Source of the DNA: an uncultured Prevotellaceae bacterium
GTDB lineage: Bacteria > Bacteroidota > Bacteroidia > Bacteroidales > Bacteroidaceae
Assembly (NCBI GenBank): GCA_900320565.1
Contig: ONSR01000004.1
Span: forward strand, 9,647 to 73,646
DNA length: 64,000 nt
Direction: 5' to 3'
The position numbers and the translations under genes are program-made. This document shows, piece after piece, positions 26,524 to 35,220 of the stretch; position 1 is the stretch's first letter; each line of letters starts with the position of its first letter. Under the pieces are notes generated by a model. It worked only from the letters and a program-made list of their open reading frames with translations, did no database searches and was not told the origin of the DNA.

Positions 26524-28184
26524 AATACACAATTCATAGTATCAGTGAAGGTTTTGCCTTCAAATGTAATAGCATAAGCGTGGAGCATCAGCCTTTCGCC
26601 AGGCTTGCCATAAAGTCTGTCGCCGAGTATCGGGTTGTTAAGTCCTTGTGGATGAGCGCAGTGAACGCGAAGCTGATGGGTGCGTCCGGTGATAGGACTG
26701 AGCTCGAGGAAAGCATGACCCTCCCTGTTTGCAAGGACTTTGTAATGTGTTTCGGCAGGCTTCCCATGCTCTCTATCCACCATCTGTCGAGGGCGGTCGT
26801 CGATATCGGGACGCAGAGGAAGGTTTATAGTTCCCTCTTGTCCGACAGGCATTTCCCTTTCGAGCAAGGCATGATAGACCTTGTGGATCTGTCGATGCAG
26901 GAAGAGGTCTTGCAACTTGTGGTACTTCTCTTCGGTCAACGCGACAAGCATCAAGCCACTTGTATCCATGTCGAGTCGATGCACAATGAGGGGGCCTTTT
27001 ACCGATGAAATGGCGCTTTTTATTGCATCTTGCACGTTTGGAAGGCCGTCCTTGCCTGGCACGGAAAGCATCCCTGCAGGCTTACTCACCACAGCCAACT
27101 CGCCATTATTATATATAATGTGTAGCTGAGCAAGCAGCTTCTCTTGGTCTGCAAGCAAAGGATTGGGTTCTACATCGAGCCCTTCGAGCATGTGCGTGAG
27201 GATGGGAAGGCATTTGCTTCGGCAAGCAGGATAGTAATGTCCGTCGAGTCTGACCTCATTTGTTGGCGAAGCTCCCACCCAGAACTCAGCCATACAAAGT
27301 GGTTGCAGACCTTCTTTATAAGCCGCTTGGAGCAATCGTGGTGCGCAACACTCCCCAGCCCCAGATGGTGGAATGGCTGGAGAGAAGAGGTTCAGCAACG
27401 ACTTCTCCTCGCCTCGTGCATTGAGGAAGGTGAACTGGCGGAACAACCATTGCTGCAAGGCGATGCTGCGCTCATGCCTTTCTTGCTGCAGCTGGTCTAT
27501 CTCTGCTTGTTGTTCTCGCAGATGGGCTTCATCATCAAACACACGTTGTTCCCAAGCTTGCCTCAGTCTGCGATACTCTGCCCTCTGGTGCTGGCTCTCT
27601 TTAATAAGGTTTTGTTTATTTTTTCCCAATTCATCGACAGAAATCGACTCTCGCTGAGCATCACGCATGGCCTTGCTTTGTCGCATAAACTCCCTGTAGG
27701 CTGCAAGTTCTTCGTCCATCTTCGCTCGCAAAGGGCTCGGGCTTAATGAACTCTCGAGATGTGCAATCCGACGATTGATGTCGCTGATGGCAGCCTCTTC
27801 CTCCTGGAAATAACAGCCCGGAGACATGAGGTCGAAGACTGGCGGAACGAAGTATTCGTGCTGGGTTTTGCCGTCAAGTGTGCCGGAGAAGGCAGCGAGA
27901 AACGAAAGCGAGACCCTCTCTAACTCCCCCTTAAAGGGGGAGGACACAGAATAAGAAGTCTCCCCTTTAAGGGGAGATTTAGAGGGGTCTACTATGAGTA
28001 CGCCGAGCATCTTTCCCTTTTGCAACTCGTCGTGCCACTCCTTTCGCTGACTGATATAGTGCTGCACCTCGTTTGCAGCGGCAACGCAGAGTGGGTGTGG
28101 TTCGTAGCAGAAGGGAAAGGTAAACTGCTTCGGAGCGTTTGTCGTCAGGACGCGAGGCGGTAAGGGATGTATAGTTACAGCCAT
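26520..28184 (-). CDS. RluA-family pseudouridine synthase, long form
   Basis: HRLDMDTSGLMLVA catalytic motif and HQLRVHCAH. Carries an 80-bp palindromic insertion. Confidence 0.8.
   Translation of the reverse strand: MAVTIHPLPPRVLTTNAPKQFTFPFCYEPHPLCVAAANEVQHYISQRKEWHDELQKGKMLGVLIVDPSKSPLKGETSYSVSSPFKGELERVSLSFLAAFSGTLDGKTQHEYFVPPVFDLMSPGCYFQEEEAAISDINRRIAHLESSLSPSPLRAKMDEELAAYREFMRQSKAMRDAQRESISVDELGKNKQNLIKESQHQRAEYRRLRQAWEQRVFDDEAHLREQQAEIDQLQQERHERSIALQQWLFRQFTFLNARGEEKSLLNLFSPAIPPSGAGECCAPRLLQAAYKEGLQPLCMAEFWVGASPTNEVRLDGHYYPACRSKCLPILTHMLEGLDVEPNPLLADQEKLLAQLHIIYNNGELAVVSKPAGMLSVPGKDGLPNVQDAIKSAISSVKGPLIVHRLDMDTSGLMLVALTEEKYHKLQDLFLHRQIHKVYHALLEREMPVGQEGTINLPLRPDIDDRPRQMVDREHGKPAETHYKVLANREGHAFLELSPITGRTHQLRVHCAHPQGLNNPILGDRLYGKPGERLMLHAYAITFEGKTFTDTMNCVL
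27911..27990. repeat. 80-bp palindromic element (CCCCCTTAAAGGGGG type) inside the rluA-family gene
   Basis: agaccctctctaactcccccttaaaggggga, a 17-nt loop, then tctcccctttaaggggagatttagaggggtct. Confidence 0.9.
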
Positions 28185-28732
28185 AGCACACCCTCCGGTC
28201 CCATATTAAAGAGCAAATCTACGATGCTGAGGTCGGGCAAGAACCCGTGTCGCGAAGCAAACATCTGGTAGTAGGGAGAATACTCTCTCCTGCCCTCCGT
28301 TAAAGGGGGAGCGTCCTCGAAAGCAATGGTTCGCGTAACGGGCTTCTCAATATCGAGCAGCGAGGCAACCAACATCATCAGTTCCTCGTTGAAATCGGCC
28401 ATGAAATCCCACTTCTTTTCGTAAAAAGGGGCGAATTCATCGGCATAATATTCAAAGAAAGGTGACTGCCTGTAGCTGCTCTCGAGGGCAACCCAATGCT
28501 GATGCCTCCAGTTGCCGTGATCGCTGATTCGCACGTCGCGCATCAAAGTCTTGCCTTCCATCTTCACAACAGGAACAGTGAGGGCAAGCGCTCCATTCGG
28601 GCTGTCTATCCAACAACGATTGCGAAGGGTTTGCTTCACGAAGTGGTCACAAACCTCGAGCCGCACTTCATCACTGCGATAGTAAGCGCTATAGTGAGAA
28701 ACAGGAGCGAGATAACAGCAAGGCAGAACCAT
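28175..28732 (-). CDS. WbqC family protein
   Basis: MVLPCCYLAPVSHYSAYY...HWVALESSYRQSPFFEYY pattern. Track ORF trimmed because it ran over lepB. Confidence 0.7.
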   Translation of the reverse strand: MVLPCCYLAPVSHYSAYYRSDEVRLEVCDHFVKQTLRNRCWIDSPNGALALTVPVVKMEGKTLMRDVRISDHGNWRHQHWVALESSYRQSPFFEYYADEFAPFYEKKWDFMADFNEELMMLVASLLDIEKPVTRTIAFEDAPPLTEGRREYSPYYQMFASRHGFLPDLSIVDLLFNMGPEGVLWL

Positions 28733-28790
28733 TGAACATTGACAATTGAAACATTGACCGTTTCTCCCCCTAAAGGGGGTTAGGGGGTCT
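28729..28790. repeat. composite element: heptamer arm + palindromic module, lepB-wbqC spacer
   Basis: ccattgaac attgaca attgaaa cattgacc, then tctccccctaaagggggttagggggtct. Confidence 0.8.
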
Positions 28791-30239
28791 TTACTTGATA
28801 TTGTCAACCAGCGAAAACAGGCGATTCCATCGAATATGATGGCCGCTGAACCATGTTCTGTCTGCGTCTGTGCTGAGCCAGATAAAGATAGGTTTGCCCA
28901 CGATATGGTCCTCGGGAACGAAGCCCCAGTAGCGCGAGTCGGCAGAACAATGGCGATTGTCGCCCTGCATCCAGTAGTAATCCATCTGGAAGGTGTATTC
29001 CGTAGCCTTCTGTCCATTGATGAGGATGTCGCCGCCGTCAGTTATCTTCAGGTCGTTGCCCTCATAAACACGAATGGGACGCTCGTAAACAGCGATGTTG
29101 TCCAACGTCAACTTGATGCTCTCGCCCTTCTTCGGAATCCAAATCGGGCCGTAGTTGTCGCAAGTCCAGCCTGTATAAGCGTTCTGCGGATACAGTCCCA
29201 TGTCGCGACTCTCAATGGGAGTGATGCTTTCCACATACTCGGTGTGAGCCTCCAGACCCTTCTTTGCCTCGGCAGTCAGAGGTATCTCGCCGCTTGCATA
29301 CAAGTCCTTTACGTCCTTGACACTCAGGCCAAGTTCATAGATAAGGGCATCTGGAAGATAATTCGTCTTGAGCTGAACGTGGTAATTGAACTGCACATTC
29401 TTGGGCGCAGGGTTCTCCTTGCCATCCAGATAGACTACCTTATCTCGTATCTCGAGCGTTTGTCCGGGAAGTCCGATGCAACGCTTCACGTAGTTCTCAC
29501 GACGGTCAACAGGACGCCAAGACACTTCTCCGTACTCTTGCGGAGCGAGTCGAATGTACTGACGACCCAGTTCATAGATGGTATTGTAGAACTGCCTCTG
29601 CTGCAACGGAGACATATCTTTCGGCTCAGGCAGCGTACCTGTCTGCTGCTGGTAGAGGCCTGCACCATAGCCATAACACATGGCATAGTACTCGGTCTGG
29701 TACCTTACGTTGCTGACCACAGTGTCGCCTGCGGGATAGTTGAACACGACGATATCGTTGAGCTGGACAGGCTTGGGCGTCACTCTCTTGTACTTCCATT
29801 GCGGCCACTCGATGTAGCTCTTGCCACCAAAGGGCAGCGTGTGCTGGCAAAGCGGCATGTGGAGTGGCGTCTGAGGCACGCGAGGTCCGTAACTCATCTT
29901 GCTTACGAGCAGATAGTCGCCTACGAGCAGACTCTTCTCGAGCGAGCTCGATGGAATGGTGTAATTCTGGAAGAAATAGAGGTTGACGAAGTAAACAGCC
30001 ACGAGCGCAAAGACGATTGCATCGACCCAGCTCATCACGGTCCTTACTACGGGGTTCTCCGCATCCTTCCACCACGTCCAGGGAATGCGACGAGTGACGT
30101 ATGCGTCGAAGATGAAAGGCACGATGATGAGTCCCCACCAGGCATCAACCCAGTAGAGGAAGGCAATGTAGAGGGCGATTGCAACGATGGCTTTTGCCCA
30201 ATCTTTCTTGGTAGCTTGGTATTTTTTCTTCTTTGTCAT
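28791..30239 (-). CDS. lepB: signal peptidase I
   Basis: SSSLEKSLLVGDYLLVSK (catalytic Ser box) and GDNRHCSADSRYWGFVP. Confidence 0.9.
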   Translation of the reverse strand: MTKKKKYQATKKDWAKAIVAIALYIAFLYWVDAWWGLIIVPFIFDAYVTRRIPWTWWKDAENPVVRTVMSWVDAIVFALVAVYFVNLYFFQNYTIPSSSLEKSLLVGDYLLVSKMSYGPRVPQTPLHMPLCQHTLPFGGKSYIEWPQWKYKRVTPKPVQLNDIVVFNYPAGDTVVSNVRYQTEYYAMCYGYGAGLYQQQTGTLPEPKDMSPLQQRQFYNTIYELGRQYIRLAPQEYGEVSWRPVDRRENYVKRCIGLPGQTLEIRDKVVYLDGKENPAPKNVQFNYHVQLKTNYLPDALIYELGLSVKDVKDLYASGEIPLTAEAKKGLEAHTEYVESITPIESRDMGLYPQNAYTGWTCDNYGPIWIPKKGESIKLTLDNIAVYERPIRVYEGNDLKITDGGDILINGQKATEYTFQMDYYWMQGDNRHCSADSRYWGFVPEDHIVGKPIFIWLSTDADRTWFSGHHIRWNRLFSLVDNIK

Positions 30240-30260
30240 TGTTGTTATAATAGTGATGAA

Positions 30261-30977
30261 TTAAAAGCTGAACAGGTCGGACATGGTAAGCAGGCCCGTG
30301 TGGTCTTTCGTATATTCTGCAGCCAGGACAGCTCCCATCGCGAAGCCTCGACGGTTGTGGGCATCGTGGGTGATGGTTATCATGTCCTCGGGAGAGTCGT
30401 AAGTAATGGTGTGAATGCCTGGCACCTCTTTCTGGCGGATGTCATCGATGCGGAGCACCTCAGGTTTCGTCTCGTGAAGTCCCCAACGCTGCTTGCGGTC
30501 GATGTTCTCCACAATCTGTTCTGCCAGCGTGATGGCTGTGCCTGATGGGGCATCGAGCTTGTGGATGTGATGCGTCTCGACGAGGTTGACGTCGTACTGC
30601 TCAAAGCCGTTCATGATTTTGGCCAAGTATTTGTTGACTGCCGAGAAGATAGCCACGCCCACACTAAAGTTGCTGGCCCAGAAGAGAGTCTTGCCCTCGT
30701 CGCTGCAAGCCTTGCGCACTTCTGCCTCATGCTCCTTCATCCAACCGGTACTTCCACTCACCACCTTGACGCCTGCAGCCCATGCCTTGAGGTAATTCTC
30801 GTAGGCTGTCCAAGGCGTAGTGAACTCGATGGCAACATCTGCACTTGCAAATGCGGGGCTATTGAACTCGTCTTGATTGTCGATATCGATAATGCTGACG
30901 ATTTCATGACCACGCGAAATGGCTATTTCCTCTATCATACGGCCCATCTTGCCGTACCCTATAAGTGCTATTTTCAT
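30261..30977 (-). CDS. dapB: 4-hydroxy-tetrahydrodipicolinate reductase
   Basis: MKIALIGYGKMG and ETHHIHKLDAPSGTA signatures. Confidence 0.9.
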   Translation of the reverse strand: MKIALIGYGKMGRMIEEIAISRGHEIVSIIDIDNQDEFNSPAFASADVAIEFTTPWTAYENYLKAWAAGVKVVSGSTGWMKEHEAEVRKACSDEGKTLFWASNFSVGVAIFSAVNKYLAKIMNGFEQYDVNLVETHHIHKLDAPSGTAITLAEQIVENIDRKQRWGLHETKPEVLRIDDIRQKEVPGIHTITYDSPEDMITITHDAHNRRGFAMGAVLAAEYTKDHTGLLTMSDLFSF

Positions 30978-30999
30978 ACGTTATTAAATAAATTTCATG

Positions 31000-31007
31000 C
31001 AAAAGTA
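31000..31007 (-). promoter_or_regulatory. -7 box TActTTTG (dapB operon)
   Basis: The reverse complement of caaaagta lies 22 nt upstream of the start at 30977. Confidence 0.55.
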
Positions 31008-31029
31008 CTGCTTTTCGCCCAATTTTACG

Positions 31030-31037
31030 TACTTTTG
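31030..31037 (+). promoter_or_regulatory. -7 box TActTTTG (DUF2851 gene)
   Basis: Divergent partner of the dapB promoter, 34 nt before the ATG at 31072. Confidence 0.55.
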
Positions 31038-31071
31038 TTTCACAAAATAAGTTAACAGAGCCAAAATAAGT

Positions 31072-32298
31072 ATGGAACGCCTGCTCCACTACGTCTGGAA
31101 GCACAAGATATTGCCCCTGAAACCACTCATCACGTCGGATGGGCAGACGGTCGAGGTCATCGACCCGGGTTTGCACAATCACAATCAGGGTCCCGACTTC
31201 TTCAATGCGAAGATTCGGCTGGCTGGAACGGTCTGGGCAGGCAATGTCGAGGTGCATCTTCGCTCGTCGGATTGGTACAGACACTGCCACGAGAGCGACC
31301 CGGCCTACAATAGCGTCATCCTGCACATCGTGGGAGAGATTGACGGAGAGGTCAGGACGCAGGAAGGGAAGGTACTTCCGCAGGTCCGGCTCGACATTCC
31401 TGAGAGCATCGTGCAGAGTTACGAGGAGCTCTGCCGAACTGAGGATTATCCCCGATGCCACCGCATAATTTCCTCGATTTCATCGATAAAAGTGCATCAG
31501 TGGATGGATGCTTTGCTGGTCGAGAGGCTGAAGGAAAGGTCGGAGCTGGTAGCCGCGAGGGCTGAAAGGACTGGTGGCGATTGGGAACGTGCCACGTTTG
31601 TGACCCTGAGCAGGAGTTTTGGCTTCGGTCTTAACGGCGATGCTTTCGAGCGTTGGGCCATGCGGATTCCACTTTCGGCAGCAGGCAAACATCGCGACGA
31701 CCTGTTCCAAATCGAGGCGCTCTTCCTCGGTATGGCGGGCCTCATCGAGGAGGTGAAAGCCGTCAAGAGCGAACAGGAAGTGGCACTCCTGCAGCAAGAG
31801 TTCGCCTTCCTCAAACACAAATTCAGCCTGGGAGATGCGATGGAAAGAGCTGATTGGCGTTTCCTCCGAACTCGCCCAAGCAACTTCCCCTCGATGCGCA
31901 TCCTGCAGATTGCGGAACTCTACCATAGCGGCCGGGCCCAGATGAGCAGCCTGCTGGAGGCAAAAAGCGTGGAGGAACTGCAGACTTGTCTGACGATAAA
32001 GGGAATGACGGCAGCCAGTCGTCGCCTACTTATTATAAATACTGTGGTGCCGCTGCTGTTCGCCTACGGTCGCCACACCAGCAACGAGGACATCTGCCAG
32101 CGCGCTATCCGGCTCCTGGAAACGCTTCCAGCAGAGAACAACTACATCCTGCGTCAATGGCAGGACTGCGGCCTGAAGGTCACAACGGCAGCCGACAGTC
32201 AGGCTCTCATACAGTTAAAACGCCAATACTGCGACAGGACGGACTGCCTCCGATGCCGCTTCGGATACGAATACCTCAAGCGAAGTGATCAAAGATAA
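31072..32298 (+). CDS. DUF2851 family protein
   Basis: MERLLHYVWKHK...NHNQGPDFFNAKIRL is a typical DUF2851 N-terminus. Confidence 0.75.
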   Translation: MERLLHYVWKHKILPLKPLITSDGQTVEVIDPGLHNHNQGPDFFNAKIRLAGTVWAGNVEVHLRSSDWYRHCHESDPAYNSVILHIVGEIDGEVRTQEGKVLPQVRLDIPESIVQSYEELCRTEDYPRCHRIISSISSIKVHQWMDALLVERLKERSELVAARAERTGGDWERATFVTLSRSFGFGLNGDAFERWAMRIPLSAAGKHRDDLFQIEALFLGMAGLIEEVKAVKSEQEVALLQQEFAFLKHKFSLGDAMERADWRFLRTRPSNFPSMRILQIAELYHSGRAQMSSLLEAKSVEELQTCLTIKGMTAASRRLLIINTVVPLLFAYGRHTSNEDICQRAIRLLETLPAENNYILRQWQDCGLKVTTAADSQALIQLKRQYCDRTDCLRCRFGYEYLKRSDQR

Positions 32299-32335
32299 CA
32301 TGGGGGATGAACAAACACGCCACGCAAAATTCTTT

Positions 32336-32401
32336 GCAGATACATGTATATGCAATTGCAAGTACATGTATGTGCAATTGCATATACATGTATGTGCAAT
32401 C
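32336..32401. repeat. 22-bp phased palindromic array, TACATGTA/TGCAATTGCA family (3 units)
   Basis: gcagatacatgtatatgcaatt / gcaagtacatgtatgtgcaatt / gcatatacatgtatgtgcaatc. Confidence 0.9.
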
Positions 32402-32477
32402 AACGCAACTCGCTTAGTTTGGCAATATAGCCGATGAAATGGGGCAAAATGGAATGTGAAATCTATTATTACGAAAT

Positions 32478-32888
32478 ATGAAGGAATACGCTTACCAACT
32501 GAAGATGAAAGTTCGCGACTATGAGTGCGACCTCGAGGGCATCGTCAACAATGCCAACTACCAACATTACATGGAGCACACCAGGCACGAATTCTTGCTC
32601 GAGGCGGGCATCAGCTTTGCCGAGATGTTGGAGCAGGACATCGTCTCCGTCGTGGCTCGCATCACGATTGACTACAAGACGCCGCTCCGCAGCCGCGATG
32701 AATTCGTCTCATGCCTCAATATAACTCAGGAAGGCGTCCGTTATGTCTTTCACCAAGACATCTATCGCGCCAGCGACATGAAGCTGGCTGCCAAGGGAAA
32801 AGTGGACGTCGTCTGCCTCGTCAAGGGCAAGCTAAGCCGCTGCCCAGAACTGGAGGAAAAACTGAAAGCCTACTATCCAGAAGTATGA
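32478..32888 (+). CDS. acyl-CoA thioesterase (4HBT/YbgC-like)
   Basis: 136 aa. VRDYECDLEGIVNNANYQHYMEHTRHEFL hot-dog fold pattern. Confidence 0.75.
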   Translation: MKEYAYQLKMKVRDYECDLEGIVNNANYQHYMEHTRHEFLLEAGISFAEMLEQDIVSVVARITIDYKTPLRSRDEFVSCLNITQEGVRYVFHQDIYRASDMKLAAKGKVDVVCLVKGKLSRCPELEEKLKAYYPEV

Positions 32889-34015
32889 CCGACCAGGAGA
32901 CTCTATACATGATGGCTTTGACGCAGGTTCCTTCGCTGAGCCTGACGAACCTGCATCTGCTGATTCAGGAGCTGGGTTCGGCTTCTGCCATCTACGAAAA
33001 CCGCAAGGACCTGAAACAAGTCTTGCCGTCTGCATCGAAGAAATTTCTCGATGGAATGGGCGATTTTTGCAATTATCTGAATCGAGCAGAGCAGGAACTC
33101 GAGTTCTGCCGAAAGGGTAAAATCAGATGTCTAGGCTTGAACGACGAGGACTATCCCGAGCGACTCCGTGACTGCAACGACGCTCCTGTCCTACTCTACT
33201 ATCGCGGCTCTGCCAATCTCAACACGCAACACATCGTCAGTATGGTGGGCACCAGGCAGATCACAAGCTACGGGAAGGACCTCTGCCGCACATTTGTCCG
33301 CGACCTGAAGCAGCTTTGTCCGGACGCTTTGGTGGTGAGCGGATTGGCTTACGGCGTGGATGTGAACTGTCATCGGGCTGCTCTGGAAGAGGGTTTGGAG
33401 ACTGTCGGCGTGCTGGCTCACGGGCTTGATCAGATATATCCGCGTCTTCATCGGGAGACCGCAAAACAGATGGTCGGTCAGGGCGGCTTGCTGACCGAGT
33501 TCATGTCGGCAACCGCGATTGACAAACGAAACTTCGTGCAGCGCAATCGCATCGTGGCAGGATTGTCGGATGCGGTCATCGTGGTGGAGAGCGCAACCAA
33601 GGGCGGCTCCCTCATCACCGCAGATATCGCCCTCAGCTACGACAGGCAAGTGTGGGCTTTTCCTGGTCGCATTCACGACAAATACTCGTCGGGATGCAAC
33701 AAACTCATCTTCTCGAACACCGCTACGCTGTTGACCGGAGCCGAAGATTTCTGCCTGGCAATGGGTTGGACGAGTGATGAAGCGCATCGGAAACAACTCA
33801 GCGAAGGCATACAACAAGAGCTCTTCGCAGACAACTACACAGCCGAGGAACAAATTGTATTACAGGCTCTTATGAAGGACGACAGCAAGCAAATCAACGT
33901 CCTTGCAGTCGAGACAAACATCCCAATTGGCGAACTCTCCAGCCTCCTCTTTTCGCTCGAGATGAAGGGGGCAGTTCAAATGCTCGTCGGAGGCAAGTAC
34001 AAATTGCGCCGATGA
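32885..34015 (+). CDS. dprA: DNA-processing protein DprA
   Basis: VVSGLAYGVDVNCHRAAL and GGSLITADIALSYDRQVWAFPG. Start is in an ATGA overlap with the thioesterase stop; the track extension is rejected. Confidence 0.85.
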   Translation: MTDQETLYMMALTQVPSLSLTNLHLLIQELGSASAIYENRKDLKQVLPSASKKFLDGMGDFCNYLNRAEQELEFCRKGKIRCLGLNDEDYPERLRDCNDAPVLLYYRGSANLNTQHIVSMVGTRQITSYGKDLCRTFVRDLKQLCPDALVVSGLAYGVDVNCHRAALEEGLETVGVLAHGLDQIYPRLHRETAKQMVGQGGLLTEFMSATAIDKRNFVQRNRIVAGLSDAVIVVESATKGGSLITADIALSYDRQVWAFPGRIHDKYSSGCNKLIFSNTATLLTGAEDFCLAMGWTSDEAHRKQLSEGIQQELFADNYTAEEQIVLQALMKDDSKQINVLAVETNIPIGELSSLLFSLEMKGAVQMLVGGKYKLRR

Positions 34016-34135
34016 AGCCCTCGCGATGTGACATATAGAACAAAAATAGGTCATTCGGTACATTAAGGGGGTCATAAAAATGTGCAAAGTGATGAAATTT
34101 TCTGCAAAAAGTTTGCATTGAAAGGAAATATTCCC

Positions 34136-34143
34136 TACCTTTG
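34136..34143 (+). promoter_or_regulatory. -7 box TAccTTTG with -33 TTTG at 34112-34115 (greA)
   Basis: 20-nt spacing between the TTTG and the TAccTTTG. Leaves a leader of about 135 nt. Confidence 0.6.
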
Positions 34144-34281
34144 CAAACGGCTAACATAAAAAAGGGAAAATGATAAGGGTTCCGACTTAGGCAGTTGGGA
34201 TTCTTCTTTTTTTTCGTCTTTTGACAAAAGCCGGCACACTATATATATAGATAATGTATAACTAAAACATAAACGAATTAA

Positions 34282-34749
34282 ATGGCTTACATGACACAAA
34301 AAGGCTACGACGAGCTCGTGGCAAAGTTGCAGCACATGGAAAGCATCGACAGACCCGCAGCAAGCGCTGCCATCGCAGAGGCTCGCGACAAGGGAGACCT
34401 GTCGGAGAATGCTGAATATGATGCTGCCAAGGAACACCAGAGCAAGCTCGAGACAGAGATTGCCATGCTCAAGAAGACTATTATCGAGGCAAAGATTATT
34501 GACACCACGCACCTCGACACAAGCACAGTACAGATCCTCTCTACTGTCGAACTGCGCAACGTGAAGAACAAAATGACAATGAAGTACACGATTGTCAGCG
34601 CCACGGAGGCAGACCTCCGCAGCGGCAAGATAAGCGTGGAGACCCCTATTGCCAAGGGTTTGCTGGGCAAGAAGGTTGGCGACATCGCCGAAATCAAAGT
34701 GCCTCAAGGCACCATTCAACTCGAAGTGGTAAGTATCTCGTTTGACTGA
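34282..34749 (+). CDS. greA: transcription elongation factor GreA
   Basis: YMTQKGYDELVAKL...GDLSENAEYDAAKE. Confidence 0.95.
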   Translation: MAYMTQKGYDELVAKLQHMESIDRPAASAAIAEARDKGDLSENAEYDAAKEHQSKLETEIAMLKKTIIEAKIIDTTHLDTSTVQILSTVELRNVKNKMTMKYTIVSATEADLRSGKISVETPIAKGLLGKKVGDIAEIKVPQGTIQLEVVSISFD

Positions 34750-34792
34750 ATGAAGTGATTCGCCAAATCGTAAATAGTAAATCGTCAAATCG
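34748..34792. repeat. intergenic mosaic element: gaatgaag arm + spacer + (aaatcgt)n arm
   Basis: gaatgaagtga ttcgcc aaatcgt aaatagt aaatcgt caaatcg. Same module pair as queA insertion 3. Confidence 0.85.
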
Positions 34793-34801
34793 AAAATAAA
34801 T

Positions 34802-35194
34802 ATGGCAAGTATCTTTTCACGTATTGTGGCTGGCGAGATTCCCAGCTACAAGATTGCTGAGGACGACCGTTACTACGCTTTCCTCGACATCAGCCCCTTG
34901 CAAAAGGGTCATACCCTCGTGATTCCCAAGCGAGAAGTGGACTATATCTTCGACCTCGAAGACGATGAACTCGCAGGACTTCAAGTGTTTGCAAAGAAGG
35001 TGGCACGTGCCATCAAGAAGGCCATCCCCTGTGTGAAGGTGGGACAATGCGTGCTCGGACTGGAAGTGCCTCACGCCCACATCCACCTCGTTCCCATGCA
35101 GAGCGAGGCCGACATGCGTTTCACAAATCCGCATCTGACGCTCTCCCCCGAGGAATTCGAGCAGATTGCCGAAAGCATTCGAAAGGAAATCTAA
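34802..35194 (+). CDS. HIT family protein
   Basis: Histidine triad HAHIHLVP. IFSRIVAGEIPSYKI. Confidence 0.9.
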   Translation: MASIFSRIVAGEIPSYKIAEDDRYYAFLDISPLQKGHTLVIPKREVDYIFDLEDDELAGLQVFAKKVARAIKKAIPCVKVGQCVLGLEVPHAHIHLVPMQSEADMRFTNPHLTLSPEEFEQIAESIRKEI

Positions 35195-35220
35195 ATACTC
35201 ACAACTAAACAAGATACATC

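Noticed and set aside
32711-34015. Track ORFs with long N-terminal extensions: dprA from 32711, comEA-like to 48157, wbqC-like to 29017, the S46 peptidase from 4186, the helicase from 2273, GH115 from 40457, vanZ-like from 50677 and the SNF transporter to 50885.
   Set aside because: The extensions overlap the preceding gene or a promoter box and are Arg/Pro/Ser-rich nonsense. They are followed by an internal ATG that gives a canonical family N-terminus or signal peptide.
34144-34281. A riboswitch or sRNA in the roughly 135-nt greA leader.
   Set aside because: I could not find a convincing conserved fold or a terminator-like hairpin. There is only a weak cttttg/caaaag palindrome and a T-run, which is not enough to call an RNA element from sequence alone.
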